DNA of 64,000 bases, from IMG/VR virus record IMGVR_UViG_3300037312_000757; one strand, 5' to 3'. Position 1 is the first letter of the stretch; the number at the start of each line of letters is the position of its first letter. The translations under genes and the position numbers were made by a program. The notes under the pieces were generated by a model. That model searched no databases, was not told the DNA's origin, and saw nothing but the letters and a program-made list of their open reading frames with translations. Shown in pieces: positions 36,789 through 45,925 of this stretch. This DNA is from a virus. Its lineage: Duplodnaviria; Heunggongvirae; Uroviricota; Caudoviricetes.

Positions 36789-37269
36789 GAACGGCCTCTA
36801 CGATAGGAGTCACTTCTGTATTCGTTACGTTGATTGTACACGTAAACGTCTCTGCGAGCTCATCTTCTTCAATAGGCAACCATGGTCTGCGATGACACAG
36901 CGTGAGTGTACTGGTGCCCGGTTGACCGGCCCAGAAACGCCACAGAACATGACCTCCGCCACCGACAAGCAATTCGCCCTTGTCAGTGTGCGTCCTGATT
37001 GGAGTGTGTTCGGGATCTTTCATCTGCATCAGAATTGATGCATTGTTTTCAGCTAGTTCCCACAAAAAGCCCGTGCTAGGGTTGTCTGGGAGAGTGAGAA
37101 GAATACCGGAGTCGACCGGTACGGTGATCGTCATGTTGTTCTGCTCTGCACCCAGCATGAAGTGCGTGCAGTCTTTGTGCAAACAGCGTCTTACTTTCTT
37201 CTTCTTCATACAGCCTAGAAAGTAACAAAGAATGGTAAATGCAATCACATAAAGTGGTAGGAATGACAT
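36781..37269 (-). CDS. Chagasin-family (I42) cysteine protease inhibitor, membrane-anchored
   Basis: NPSTGFLW, VGGGG, RRPW loops; N-terminal TM. Confidence 0.8.
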   Translation of the reverse strand: MSFLPLYVIAFTILCYFLGCMKKKKVRRCLHKDCTHFMLGAEQNNMTITVPVDSGILLTLPDNPSTGFLWELAENNASILMQMKDPEHTPIRTHTDKGELLVGGGGHVLWRFWAGQPGTSTLTLCHRRPWLPIEEDELAETFTCTINVTNTEVTPIVEAVHV

Positions 37270-37312
37270 TTTAGTCTCATGAATGATAGCCGCATAAAGC
37301 AGCTATCATTAT

Positions 37313-37573
37313 TTACGACTTGACGATCTGCTCAATTGGCTTCCGCCAGATTAGCACCATGGCGGTAGCGAACCAAATAAACATAATCGCAGCAACTACC
37401 ATCTTGTGATCGACAATGAATTCTGCTACCGGAGATCCATACTGCAGACGTACATGAACGGCTAGACTCAGCAGAACCGTCATGCAACCGACACCTGCAA
37501 TTGCCAGTAAAGTTGCTGCCACACAACGAACTTCCTTGCAAGCAGCCAGTAATGTTGTTTTGAACTTGGCCAT
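37313..37573 (-). CDS. Small two-TM membrane protein
   Basis: GGAGG SD before MAKFK. Confidence 0.6.
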   Translation of the reverse strand: MAKFKTTLLAACKEVRCVAATLLAIAGVGCMTVLLSLAVHVRLQYGSPVAEFIVDHKMVVAAIMFIWFATAMVLIWRKPIEQIVKS

Positions 37574-37631
37574 CCACGCCTCCTGTGTTAGGTGTGCAAT
37601 TATAGCAAGAAGGATGGCAAAAAAGTAAGAG

Positions 37632-37907
37632 TTACGCGAACGTAAGGTGGAACTCGATGGCGGCTGCGTGGGACTTGAAGCAGAATTCGACGATCGCATC
37701 AAAACTTGGATCATCAAAACAGGTCAAGCGAACAAAAGCTTCGTTTTTCCCCATGAAAATGATGCCTCGCTGGTGATATACGTCGTTGTCATATCGTTCT
37801 TCTAGCCAGCGGATCTCATCGTCAAACATCATGAAGGAATTGAACGGTGAAGTCGTTTGGACCACGTACCATTCACCGTCCCGATCGAAGTGAAAAGCGT
37901 TACTCAT
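37632..37907 (-). CDS. FKLxW-family small protein (dispersed copy)
   Basis: WLEE...FKSHAAAIEFHLTF. Confidence 0.68.
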   Translation of the reverse strand: MSNAFHFDRDGEWYVVQTTSPFNSFMMFDDEIRWLEERYDNDVYHQRGIIFMGKNEAFVRLTCFDDPSFDAIVEFCFKSHAAAIEFHLTFA

Positions 37908-38188
37908 GCAGTCTGCTGGTTATACCATTCAATGAACTTCGCAGCATGCCCGCCCATTGTCCGCGCGTTTCCGCTGACGACGCGCCACCGACCAGTTGAA
38001 GGGAAGAAGTCGACCTTTGGCTTGCCCTTCTCACGGAAGAGAATGCTTTCGCCGTTATTCGTGAACGTGTGCGGGATGCCTGATGCCTTGATCACGTTCA
38101 CGTTGTCGTTCCACCATTCCTGGTGTCGTTCCTTCTTGAGTTCCTTCATGAATCCCAAGTTGGTGGAATCATCGTCAGGGTAGCTCAC
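37904..38188 (-). CDS. Hypothetical protein
   Basis: VDFFPSTGRW motif. Confidence 0.7.
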   Translation of the reverse strand: MSYPDDDSTNLGFMKELKKERHQEWWNDNVNVIKASGIPHTFTNNGESILFREKGKPKVDFFPSTGRWRVVSGNARTMGGHAAKFIEWYNQQTA

Positions 38189-38649
38189 GGTTTGTTATCC
38201 CTCACTCGAACGCGATAGTAACCACTTGGCAACTCTCGCCGATTAATCAAATCATGTATCAACGCGCACACATCTTCAATGAAACACGCTGCTTCTTTCT
38301 TACAGTCGATTTCAACTATGGTCTGCTCGCCTGGATCCAAAGGTCCAGGCCCCAATGAACCTATTTCGTGAATGCTGTCTTGCTTACCACCGTACACGTC
38401 AAACGATTTATACGTGCCATAGACCTTCTGCGCTAACTCCTCCAGATGATCCGTGTACACAAGATGCGTATCGGCGATACCTCTCGTCTTAGACTTGGTA
38501 GTCGAAACGAAAATACGATATTCCCTCGTATCATTCAGCATTGCACGCTCCATGAACTGCGTTGCGGAACGCCTTATTTTACGCTCGTATGGTGAAAAGC
38601 GCAAGCCGTATTCACTTGCGCTTTCTTTTACTCTTTGTATCTGACCCAA
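38185..38649 (-). CDS. Hypothetical protein
   Basis: Overlap-coupled ORF. Confidence 0.6.
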   Translation of the reverse strand: MGQIQRVKESASEYGLRFSPYERKIRRSATQFMERAMLNDTREYRIFVSTTKSKTRGIADTHLVYTDHLEELAQKVYGTYKSFDVYGGKQDSIHEIGSLGPGPLDPGEQTIVEIDCKKEAACFIEDVCALIHDLINRRELPSGYYRVRVRDNKP

Positions 38650-39170
38650 CCAGGTTCACGGAGTGCTATATCAGGACTAATGGTCTGAACCCGTCGTCCG
38701 TCTTTGACGTACATAGCACCAGGCGCTCCTGTAATTTCACACGTTCGTGCTGACATGCTTGCTGCCATGTTAATAGCACCTATGCAAAATTCATCTACAG
38801 AAAATGTTGGATAGACTGTCAATGTGCCGAACTTTTCTTTGATAGTACCGAACTCAGGATACCTTGGCTCAGTCCTCATTTCCTTGAAATTCTTGAAATC
38901 ATTAAATTCAAGGACACGACGTTCAAGCACATTTGACACATTTGAAAAATCAAGTGTCACACAAGCATTGCGACCAGCTAACCAATACTCGTAACTGCTT
39001 TGCACGTAATCAGCATGGCGTTGGATGGCTTCACACATTGAATCAATGATGTTATACCATCCGTCACCGCATGCGATACCCGAATAGAACAAACTAGAAT
39101 TCCGATTGTCCTTCTGCACGAACAGCTTTGGATATCGTGCGTACAGCTGATTCTCCAGATATTCTTTCAT
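38628..39170 (-). CDS. Conserved phage hypothetical protein
   Basis: CGDGWY.II, IKEKFGTL, S..TCE.TG.PG. Confidence 0.75.
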   Translation of the reverse strand: MKEYLENQLYARYPKLFVQKDNRNSSLFYSGIACGDGWYNIIDSMCEAIQRHADYVQSSYEYWLAGRNACVTLDFSNVSNVLERRVLEFNDFKNFKEMRTEPRYPEFGTIKEKFGTLTVYPTFSVDEFCIGAINMAASMSARTCEITGAPGAMYVKDGRRVQTISPDIALREPGWVRYKE

Positions 39171-40063
39171 CGGTACTTCGTCACGAGTCGTTCCAGTTCA
39201 GCAACCAACTTGTCAGCCTTATTGGGCTCAGCTACTGCATTACTGAGGTTGCCGTAATGCTCTTCCAAGCAATTGACAAGCAAGTTCTTCAATGCGTCTT
39301 CGTCTGGGGTGTGGCGCAAAGTGCTTGACACATACAGTCCTTCAAGCTGTCGATGCTTGTCTTCAGCCCACTGATCTAGCTGCGCAAGTGTCCACTCACC
39401 ACGACGAATAGCCTTCAGCTGTTCGCGATTCTGTTCGATGTTGAGGTCACCAGTCATCAAGATCTGTTCGCACTCATCAAGCAGACGCACAACGTGGTAA
39501 GCAAATTTCACGTCAAAGCCGTATGCTTCAATAGAAGCGGCCCGCTTCTCATTCTGAGCATTGGTCTTGTTCTTGATCTTGCTCATCTGAGCATATGCGT
39601 AACCCTTAAACTTGTGCCAGCAACCTTTGTGCAAGAATTCCTTACGTGCATCACGCACCATTTCGCCGATCTTGGTCGAATGCACAACGCAACGACGTGG
39701 TGTGAAGATGCTGTCGATCATGTTCGGGTTGTTTTCCATCAGCAACTGGAAATACTTCACAATGTTGTAGATCGTGATGTCGTATTCTCGACTTGTTTCC
39801 TTGTCGATGATGTGGTGATGCTGATATTGTTCGAATCCTGGTGGCAAATTCTTACCGAAGCCTGGCACATAACCAGCCAAATGCGGGAAGATCATTGTCT
39901 TCGGTGGGATGCAGAAGCCATAAACGTCACGATCGCTGTCGTCATTGCTAACACCATACGATTCCGATCCCATGATCGTTTCATACATGGTGTTGCTGAC
40001 TACAAATTGCGGGGCGTCGCTCAGAAGGTCTTTCTTGCGGAGGGTTTGTACGATGCTTGACAT
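39167..40063 (-). CDS. Pol-beta-superfamily nucleotidyltransferase (YcgL/RlaP-like)
   Basis: GSESYG....SDRD, NPN.I, FKGYA..Q, K.AYH..RL. Confidence 0.85.
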   Translation of the reverse strand: MSSIVQTLRKKDLLSDAPQFVVSNTMYETIMGSESYGVSNDDSDRDVYGFCIPPKTMIFPHLAGYVPGFGKNLPPGFEQYQHHHIIDKETSREYDITIYNIVKYFQLLMENNPNMIDSIFTPRRCVVHSTKIGEMVRDARKEFLHKGCWHKFKGYAYAQMSKIKNKTNAQNEKRAASIEAYGFDVKFAYHVVRLLDECEQILMTGDLNIEQNREQLKAIRRGEWTLAQLDQWAEDKHRQLEGLYVSSTLRHTPDEDALKNLLVNCLEEHYGNLSNAVAEPNKADKLVAELERLVTKYR

Positions 40064-40104
40064 GATGCCTTTCTTATTCTAATTATGTGGCAATTGTATT
40101 ACGA

Positions 40105-40443
40105 TTATCGCTGCGGCACAAGCACCAAATTCAAGCCTTCAACCAGATGCTCGAAGAACTCGTCGTTGATAAGTTTGGTGGTGGCAAACTTGTGCATTTC
40201 GACAATAACTTCTGTGTATTTGTCGATCACTTGGTCCATGAATGCTCGGTCTGCATAGATGTCATCGTGAACAACTATCTGTGCTTTTGTCACAATGTGT
40301 TCAGCCATCTTTGCGTCAAGCCCTTTCGCAATGAGCTTGTCGCGCACCATCAGCATCACAGTGTAATTGGTGCTGTGCATGATGCCGCTCTGCAGCATGT
40401 CATCAAGTTGGTCTAGAATTGCTTTCTTGTAATCGTCGTGCAT
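40105..40443 (-). CDS. Hypothetical protein
   Basis: ORF starting MHDDYK. Confidence 0.6.
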   Translation of the reverse strand: MHDDYKKAILDQLDDMLQSGIMHSTNYTVMLMVRDKLIAKGLDAKMAEHIVTKAQIVVHDDIYADRAFMDQVIDKYTEVIVEMHKFATTKLINDEFFEHLVEGLNLVLVPQR

Positions 40444-40624
40444 GTTTTTTTCCAATGAAAAGAGCTGCCGCCATTTTACAGCGACAGCCCGCACGACGCG
40501 AAATGTTAGTGGAAGATCAACCAGATCACCAACAGCACGATGATCAATGCTCCCGCCATTTCACTTGGTGTCATGAGCGGAGGAGTGCCTTTGTCAACAC
40601 CATATTCGTCTTTGTTGTCCCAGC

Positions 40625-41281
40625 TCATTCTGCTGCCTCGTAAGGATAATTTTCACAAACGCACGTCATCACTTCTTTGGCCGTATCGAACGGGCCTTGG
40701 TCCCAGGTCGTGGCAAATTCTTCGGGCTGCTTGTAGCGATTGTAGCTGCGCCACCTACCACAATACCACTTCTTAGTTCCCGGGTTGTACGCGAACTTGT
40801 ACGAACCCCATTCACTCAGAGTCGATTCGAAGATGCTGAAGATCAACCAACCGTGATAGTCAGGCAGCGGTTTATATAGCGGAACAAGCGTTTCCAGTAC
40901 CTTTGCCGCTTCTTCCACTTGCTGTTCGTTACCACGCGTGAACTTCACACGAAGAGCGTGCTGCTGCGTCTCCGGGAAATATCCCGAGAATTCAATTCCA
41001 TTGCTCGGCGCAACCTGACGCATCGCCAGTATGACTTCTCGATAATGACGATCACCACTTGGACCGGCATCTAGAAGCAATGCCCAGTCAACTTGATCTG
41101 ACGCTTGCATTGCTTCGTACTGCATTTTCCCTTTGCGCTCTTCGACCTTCTTCTGGGTTTCACGGAGAGCGATAATTTGCTTGTTGATCGTTGCCTGCTG
41201 CTCGAATAGCGGCCCCAGCTTTGCCTCGATACTATCGTACTCCGCTTGCAACTGCTCAACCGTCATATCTTCGATCTTCAT
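40625..41281 (-). CDS. Hypothetical protein with N-terminal coiled coil
   Basis: AGGAG SD; promoter TTGATT-17-AATAAT. Confidence 0.7.
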   Translation of the reverse strand: MKIEDMTVEQLQAEYDSIEAKLGPLFEQQATINKQIIALRETQKKVEERKGKMQYEAMQASDQVDWALLLDAGPSGDRHYREVILAMRQVAPSNGIEFSGYFPETQQHALRVKFTRGNEQQVEEAAKVLETLVPLYKPLPDYHGWLIFSIFESTLSEWGSYKFAYNPGTKKWYCGRWRSYNRYKQPEEFATTWDQGPFDTAKEVMTCVCENYPYEAAE

Positions 41282-41393
41282 CAGTCTCTCCTGTTCAATA
41301 TGTAGCCATTATTGGCTCATTTGAACGAATAATCAAGCGAAGAAAAAGCCCCTCGTTGAAGGGGCTTGTATTAGTATATCAGCTACCTACTGC

Positions 41394-41906
41394 TTAAACG
41401 TTGCCTTGAGACTTTGCAGCCAAGTAACGTTGTACTGCTTCGTTGTGGAGCGGGAACGCAAGGTCGTCAGCAAACGAAAGCTTCACCACCTCCAGTGTTT
41501 CGGGGCATGCAACGGCGGTTGCCAGCAATGCTTCATCCAGCGTTTCTGTGTAAATGCAGAACGACAGGATCTGGCCACCAGGTGTAGGTGCCGAATAGAA
41601 CTGATAGAACTTGTTTGCGTCAAGCTTGATGCCGCTTTCTTCGAGAATCTCACGGGCGACCGTTTCTTCGATGCTTTCGCCCTTCTCGCTAAAACCACCC
41701 ATCAGCGCTCGTTTGCCATAGCCGTAACCCTTGATGCCACGAACGCCGCCAAGCAAGCCATCGCCCATCGGGACAATACCAACACCAACTACATTCGGCG
41801 AATCGTAGACTTCACGCTTGCATGCTTCGTTGACACAAACACGGGGGAATGTTTCGACTTGGGTGTACTTTGTACCGCAGTGATGGCAAAAATTGAAAGC
41901 TGGCAT
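41394..41906 (-). CDS. NUDIX hydrolase with N-terminal zinc ribbon
   Basis: FCHHCG..C....C; GGFSEKGES..E.VAREILEESG Nudix box. Confidence 0.88.
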   Translation of the reverse strand: MPAFNFCHHCGTKYTQVETFPRVCVNEACKREVYDSPNVVGVGIVPMGDGLLGGVRGIKGYGYGKRALMGGFSEKGESIEETVAREILEESGIKLDANKFYQFYSAPTPGGQILSFCIYTETLDEALLATAVACPETLEVVKLSFADDLAFPLHNEAVQRYLAAKSQGNV

Positions 41907-41926
41907 GTTTTCTTCTTGTAGGAATT

Positions 41927-42003
41927 TGGCGGTCCCTGTGGGATTCGAACCCACGACCCTTGGTTTTGAAGACCAGTGCTCTGACCGCTGGAGCTAAGGG
42001 ACC
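41927..42003 (-). tRNA. tRNA with anticodon UCA (opal suppressor, tRNA-Trp-like)
   Basis: GGTCCCT/AGGGACC acceptor, G73, encoded CCA, GCTC/GAGC D stem, loop CTTCAAA, TTCGAAT T loop, short variable loop. Confidence 0.9.
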
Positions 42004-42024
42004 GTTGCGTGTTGCTATAGTTCG

Positions 42025-42053
42025 TATTCTACTGCCATATGGCAGCAAGTCAA
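42025..42053 (-). promoter_or_regulatory. Promoter TTGACT-16-TAGAAT with a CTGCCATATGGCAG palindrome
   Basis: Read directly upstream of the tRNA. Confidence 0.65.
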
Positions 42054-42083
42054 CACTTTTACGAACTACAGCAACCGTATTGC

Positions 42084-42554
42084 TTACTCGTGATCGTAAT
42101 CGTCAACTGTGACGCCTGATGCAGTCACGCGAATGCTGACGTGGTCGCCGAATGCAAACTGAAGCACTTCTTCGCCGAGCGGACTATCCATGAAGTGGAC
42201 CAGATCGTCGAGATCTTGAATGCGACTATGACGGCGGTAACCAGTAAACGTCTGGAGGTCAGCCGGTTCATCATCTTCGCTGTCCCATTCGCCATAGTGG
42301 TTGATGTCTTCATAGTTCGCAGCATAGACATCACTGACACGGAACACACATTCGTCACCATCGTTGAAATATGGTGTGTACTGAACCCACGTGATCACCT
42401 TGATTTCGGGGTGACGAGCGAAAATGCCCTTCAGCTCACTGAGGAAAGCTTGCTTGGCTTCGTTGCGGGCGTTGTCCATCGTCTGTTGCAGACGCATGAC
42501 TGTGTCTTGAAAAGTTGCCTGTTGAATTTGTGTCATTTTAGTCTTCGGCGCCAA
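42084..42554 (-). CDS. Conserved phage hypothetical protein
   Basis: W.QYTPYFNDGD.C.F, FGDH. Confidence 0.75.
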   Translation of the reverse strand: MAPKTKMTQIQQATFQDTVMRLQQTMDNARNEAKQAFLSELKGIFARHPEIKVITWVQYTPYFNDGDECVFRVSDVYAANYEDINHYGEWDSEDDEPADLQTFTGYRRHSRIQDLDDLVHFMDSPLGEEVLQFAFGDHVSIRVTASGVTVDDYDHE

Positions 42555-42909
42555 ATGGGATATGTTTGCGGTTTGTGCTAGGGTTCGACTTTTGTGTGCC
42601 TGACATCCATGGCTGAATAGTCATGTTGTTCAGGTATTGTTCGACGGTCGGAATAAAACCCAAGTCTTCCTTGATGTGCTCTTCAGCAACATCACGCGGA
42701 CTGTATTCCTTTCCGTCAGAATTGGTACGCACCACGCCGTACATTTGTTCCACCAGAAAGCAGCCAAATGCACTGTGAAGGATTGCACGATGACGAATAT
42801 CAGGCATGCAAGCCTTGCTTGAGTCGATAAAGTTGTGGATATCCATGTAGTCTTCAGCTACACCACCAAACTTCTTTACCGAGATCTTGGCGTGGAGATA
42901 GGGTTTCAT
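42538..42909 (-). CDS. DUF6915-like protein
   Basis: H...S.KKFGG..EDY..IH.F.D.SK, RHRA.LH..FG, AE.H..EDLG. Confidence 0.75.
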   Translation of the reverse strand: MKPYLHAKISVKKFGGVAEDYMDIHNFIDSSKACMPDIRHRAILHSAFGCFLVEQMYGVVRTNSDGKEYSPRDVAEEHIKEDLGFIPTVEQYLNNMTIQPWMSGTQKSNPSTNRKHIPFGAED

Positions 42910-42913
42910 TTTA

Positions 42914-43201
42914 TTAGAGCTTGATCAGAACGTTCGTGATAACCGAGTCCGTATCCTTGAACAAGGGATCGACAACAGCATGCGATTCGAGAATGACCAC
43001 ATCGGTGATCTTCGATTCGTCGAACAGCTTCCAGTCAGCTGCGTGAGCGACACCATTCGATTCTTGCTGCGTGCCACGCAGACGGTATTGGTTGTTCTTG
43101 TCTGTGCCGTAGACATGCGGGTTGATCACACGGACTGCGCCGTTGTACGTGAACTTGACTTGCTTGCGTTGCGAGATGGCTGCGAAAATTTCTGCGTTCA
43201 T
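42914..43201 (-). CDS. Stand-alone WYL-domain protein
   Basis: AI..RK.V.F.Y.G..R...PH.YG, WKLF...KI. Confidence 0.75.
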   Translation of the reverse strand: MNAEIFAAISQRKQVKFTYNGAVRVINPHVYGTDKNNQYRLRGTQQESNGVAHAADWKLFDESKITDVVILESHAVVDPLFKDTDSVITNVLIKL

Positions 43202-43497
43202 TATTTTAGTTCTGCGTAAGAGATTGAGCATTCGACAATGAATTGATTGTCGAGGAATTTCACCGGTACCACGTTGTACAGCTTTGCATCTTCAACTTCC
43301 AGCACCGGCATATGCATACCAATTGCGACAGGCTGATAGCTGAAGTCGATCACGACGTTTTCCCATTTCTGGCCTACTACGCCTTGGGCTTTGGTCGTGC
43401 GCTCTTGATTGAGCGAGAAAATACGACGAAGCAGTGAAGTCTTGACTTCGATTTCACCAGTTTCGACCGTCAATGTTGGTCGTTTTACGAATTTCAT
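43201..43497 (-). CDS. Hypothetical protein (paralog of 44289-44609)
   Basis: MKFV.RP, W...VIDF, Y.V.P..F.D, VEC.I. Confidence 0.7.
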   Translation of the reverse strand: MKFVKRPTLTVETGEIEVKTSLLRRIFSLNQERTTKAQGVVGQKWENVVIDFSYQPVAIGMHMPVLEVEDAKLYNVVPVKFLDNQFIVECSISYAELK

Positions 43498-43498
43498 G

Positions 43499-44062
43499 TT
43501 AGTCCCAAAGTGATTGATAGTGTTTGCCGAAGAGCTCGAAGCCTTCTTGCACACGAGCAGCATATTCTTCGTGACCCTTCTTGTCATAAGTGTCGTTTTC
43601 AAAGAACTTGTTGTCAGCATCTTCATCAAGCATTTGCTCGAACGACCAAATCATCTTGTCCATGATCTCGTCCCACTCAGCAAAACCCGCTTTGTCTGCT
43701 TCGTCATCACCTTCTTCGTAGAAGTCGAAGCAAAGTTGCGGCCATTGATGATTCGAACGATCCTCAAAGCCTTTCATGCTGATAGGCGCTCCATGCTTAG
43801 TTTCCTTGAGGATCTTCAACATAGGGAGCACGATGTGCGCAAGTGTGTAGTCCATACTCCAAGTGTCATACTTATCGATCTGAATATCGATCTGACGTTG
43901 ACGCTTTCTGTGGATCCACTCACAGAAGTCTGCAAACTTCGTGGCTGCGAGCTTTTCGCCGATTTTCTCGTGCGTTTCTTCCTTGAAGCCGACATACTTC
44001 AGCAGCTCAGCGATTTGGTAAGGCCCCCACCAATTCAAATATGGTCCGATCTTTACTTTCAT
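43499..44062 (-). CDS. Conserved phage hypothetical protein
   Basis: DTWSMD.TLA.I.LP.L..LK..KHG.P, G.ELFGK.Y..LWD. Confidence 0.78.
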   Translation of the reverse strand: MKVKIGPYLNWWGPYQIAELLKYVGFKEETHEKIGEKLAATKFADFCEWIHRKRQRQIDIQIDKYDTWSMDYTLAHIVLPMLKILKETKHGAPISMKGFEDRSNHQWPQLCFDFYEEGDDEADKAGFAEWDEIMDKMIWSFEQMLDEDADNKFFENDTYDKKGHEEYAARVQEGFELFGKHYQSLWD

Positions 44063-44289
44063 TGTTGTTCGAAAATAGGAATAACTTCGCTTTCAGTCTC
44101 GATCCACACCTTTGCACCACATGACAGAGGTTTGTCAGGTGAATACACAACACGGCAAGGCCCTGTGATCTCAGCAGCGTAAGCGTAGGTGTTAGACTTG
44201 TAAGTCTTGATCGTTAGCACGGGCTCACGTTCATCGTTCTTTGCGTTCGACTTGATAATGTGCTGATTGACGTGGACAACGGTTTTCAT
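44059..44289 (-). CDS. Conserved phage hypothetical protein
   Basis: HVNQH.I..N, YSPDKPLSCGAKVWIET. Confidence 0.75.
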   Translation of the reverse strand: MKTVVHVNQHIIKSNAKNDEREPVLTIKTYKSNTYAYAAEITGPCRVVYSPDKPLSCGAKVWIETESEVIPIFEQQ

Positions 44290-44609
44290 TATTGTTCTTT
44301 TGCGTGGTCGATACCGCATTCAACGACAGTCAAGCTGTCGTCTACAAAATTTAGTGGGATAACACCATACATTGTCAGCCCGTCAATCGTCAGTTGATCG
44401 ATCTTGGTATACAGTTGTACTTGATGTTGCTCAAAGTCGATGACTGCTTTCGACCACGTGATTCTTCCATGAAAGTAATGTGTCATGACTGGTGGCTTCA
44501 CCAGCATACGCACATGCCACGGAAGGCTGCGATATTCGGGATCGTCCTTATTGGGACGGTCAATGCCGATTACATCGACAGATTTGACGGGTCTTGAAAC
44601 AAACTTCAT
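44289..44609 (-). CDS. Hypothetical protein (paralog of 43201-43497)
   Basis: Same motifs as its paralog. Confidence 0.7.
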   Translation of the reverse strand: MKFVSRPVKSVDVIGIDRPNKDDPEYRSLPWHVRMLVKPPVMTHYFHGRITWSKAVIDFEQHQVQLYTKIDQLTIDGLTMYGVIPLNFVDDSLTVVECGIDHAKEQ

Positions 44610-44716
44610 GTGCTTTGTTATTATTGTGCATCACAGACAACATTATACATATGGCAACTGAAGCCACAAGGCAAAGATGGCACCATTGTGGTGCCATCCT
44701 TAAAGTTGATTCTGTC

Positions 44717-45340
44717 TTACACTGCAACCGACTCAACTGCCTTGAGTGTTGCAACGCCGTCAGCGTCAATCTCAAGCGAACAATCTCGAAGACGAATTGA
44801 ACCCTTCGTACTGTCATGATCCGGTGTTTCTCGCGTCGACCATGGACACAATGCATTGACGTGATGCACGTAGAACGTTTTGCCCTTCGTTTTCAGTACC
44901 CACATGGGAATCCAGGGGAACTCGAGGTGCTTCTTGTTGAAGTGAAAGTCGACACGATCACAGTGCTCAATGCTGATCGGGAACGACGCCAGGTGTTCCT
45001 TCATCGCTTTACGCATGTTCGTGATGTTACCCATGCGAATCTTTGCCTCGTCCAGCACCGTACAGAGCTTATGGGCGGCTACTGACATACCCTTGAGCTT
45101 CTCCCTTGCTCGCGTGTAGGCAACAAAGTGTGGATTGGGCTTGTACTTTGCGTTAGGTGTACCGCGCACAGCTTCCCATTCACGTTCGTGCTCGTTCGTG
45201 AGCTTCTCGTAACGCTGCACAGTTTTCTTTTGCGCCTTGATGCGTGAGCTGACTTGCTTATAAACATCGGCCCACTGTTTGCGCCATTCTTGATAACCTG
45301 CGTAGGTGGTAAATTGGGGTTTCAGTCCGTAAATGCTCAT
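44717..45340 (-). CDS. Hypothetical protein
   Basis: FHFNKKH, W..K.KG.T.YV.H, TRETPD...TKG. Confidence 0.72.
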   Translation of the reverse strand: MSIYGLKPQFTTYAGYQEWRKQWADVYKQVSSRIKAQKKTVQRYEKLTNEHEREWEAVRGTPNAKYKPNPHFVAYTRAREKLKGMSVAAHKLCTVLDEAKIRMGNITNMRKAMKEHLASFPISIEHCDRVDFHFNKKHLEFPWIPMWVLKTKGKTFYVHHVNALCPWSTRETPDHDSTKGSIRLRDCSLEIDADGVATLKAVESVAV

Positions 45341-45342
45341 GA

Positions 45343-45693
45343 TTAAATTCCGTTCCAAGTAAGTTTAAAGAGTACCGCATCGACATGTGATTCGAAAATC
45401 ACACCAACTGTATAAGAGCAACCAGATTCCCACCCTACGTGGTCGTATTTGCTCGTACAGTTGTCAATACACCATTGTTTCATATCAGCCATTGATCCAT
45501 ATGTGAAATCATAACACTTCACCAGAAACCAATTAGCTGGATATTTCTTACGCACTTCTGCGATGGCGTATGAGTCTTCCCATTCATCTTCACCAACGAA
45601 GTCGTCGAAATCAAGTTCGTCGTTCTTCGTTTCCACTTCTACTTCTTTCTTTCCCAACAAATTTTTCAATGCTTGAAACATTGGTGTCTCCAT
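45343..45693 (-). CDS. FKLxW-family small protein (dispersed copy)
   Basis: WCIDNC...FESHVDAVLFKLTW. Confidence 0.78.
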   Translation of the reverse strand: METPMFQALKNLLGKKEVEVETKNDELDFDDFVGEDEWEDSYAIAEVRKKYPANWFLVKCYDFTYGSMADMKQWCIDNCTSKYDHVGWESGCSYTVGVIFESHVDAVLFKLTWNGI

Positions 45694-45925
45694 TTTCTTG
45701 TTTTTCTGTTATTTGGTCACCAAATGCGAACAAGAACGCCATTGCTTCTAGTCGATCCTCTATTCTCCAAAAGTGGAATCGACCTGACTTCTTGTCGCGA
45801 CCTCTAAGCCATGTGGGTCTAATGGATAACTGTTCCACCGACTCACGTTTGATACGAGCCATTGCCTTGTGGAAGCTTTCACCGTCGCCGCCAAAAGGAG
45901 TCCGAACCTCGTATGTTATTGACAT
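45611..45925 (-). CDS. FKLxW-family small protein (dispersed copy)
   Basis: IEDRLEAMAFLFAF. Confidence 0.6.
   Translation of the reverse strand: MSITYEVRTPFGGDGESFHKAMARIKRESVEQLSIRPTWLRGRDKKSGRFHFWRIEDRLEAMAFLFAFGDQITEKQENGDTNVSSIEKFVGKERSRSGNEERRT

Noticed and set aside
41927-42003. tRNA-Sec
   Set aside because: No long variable arm, 7-bp acceptor stem, and no sel genes seen
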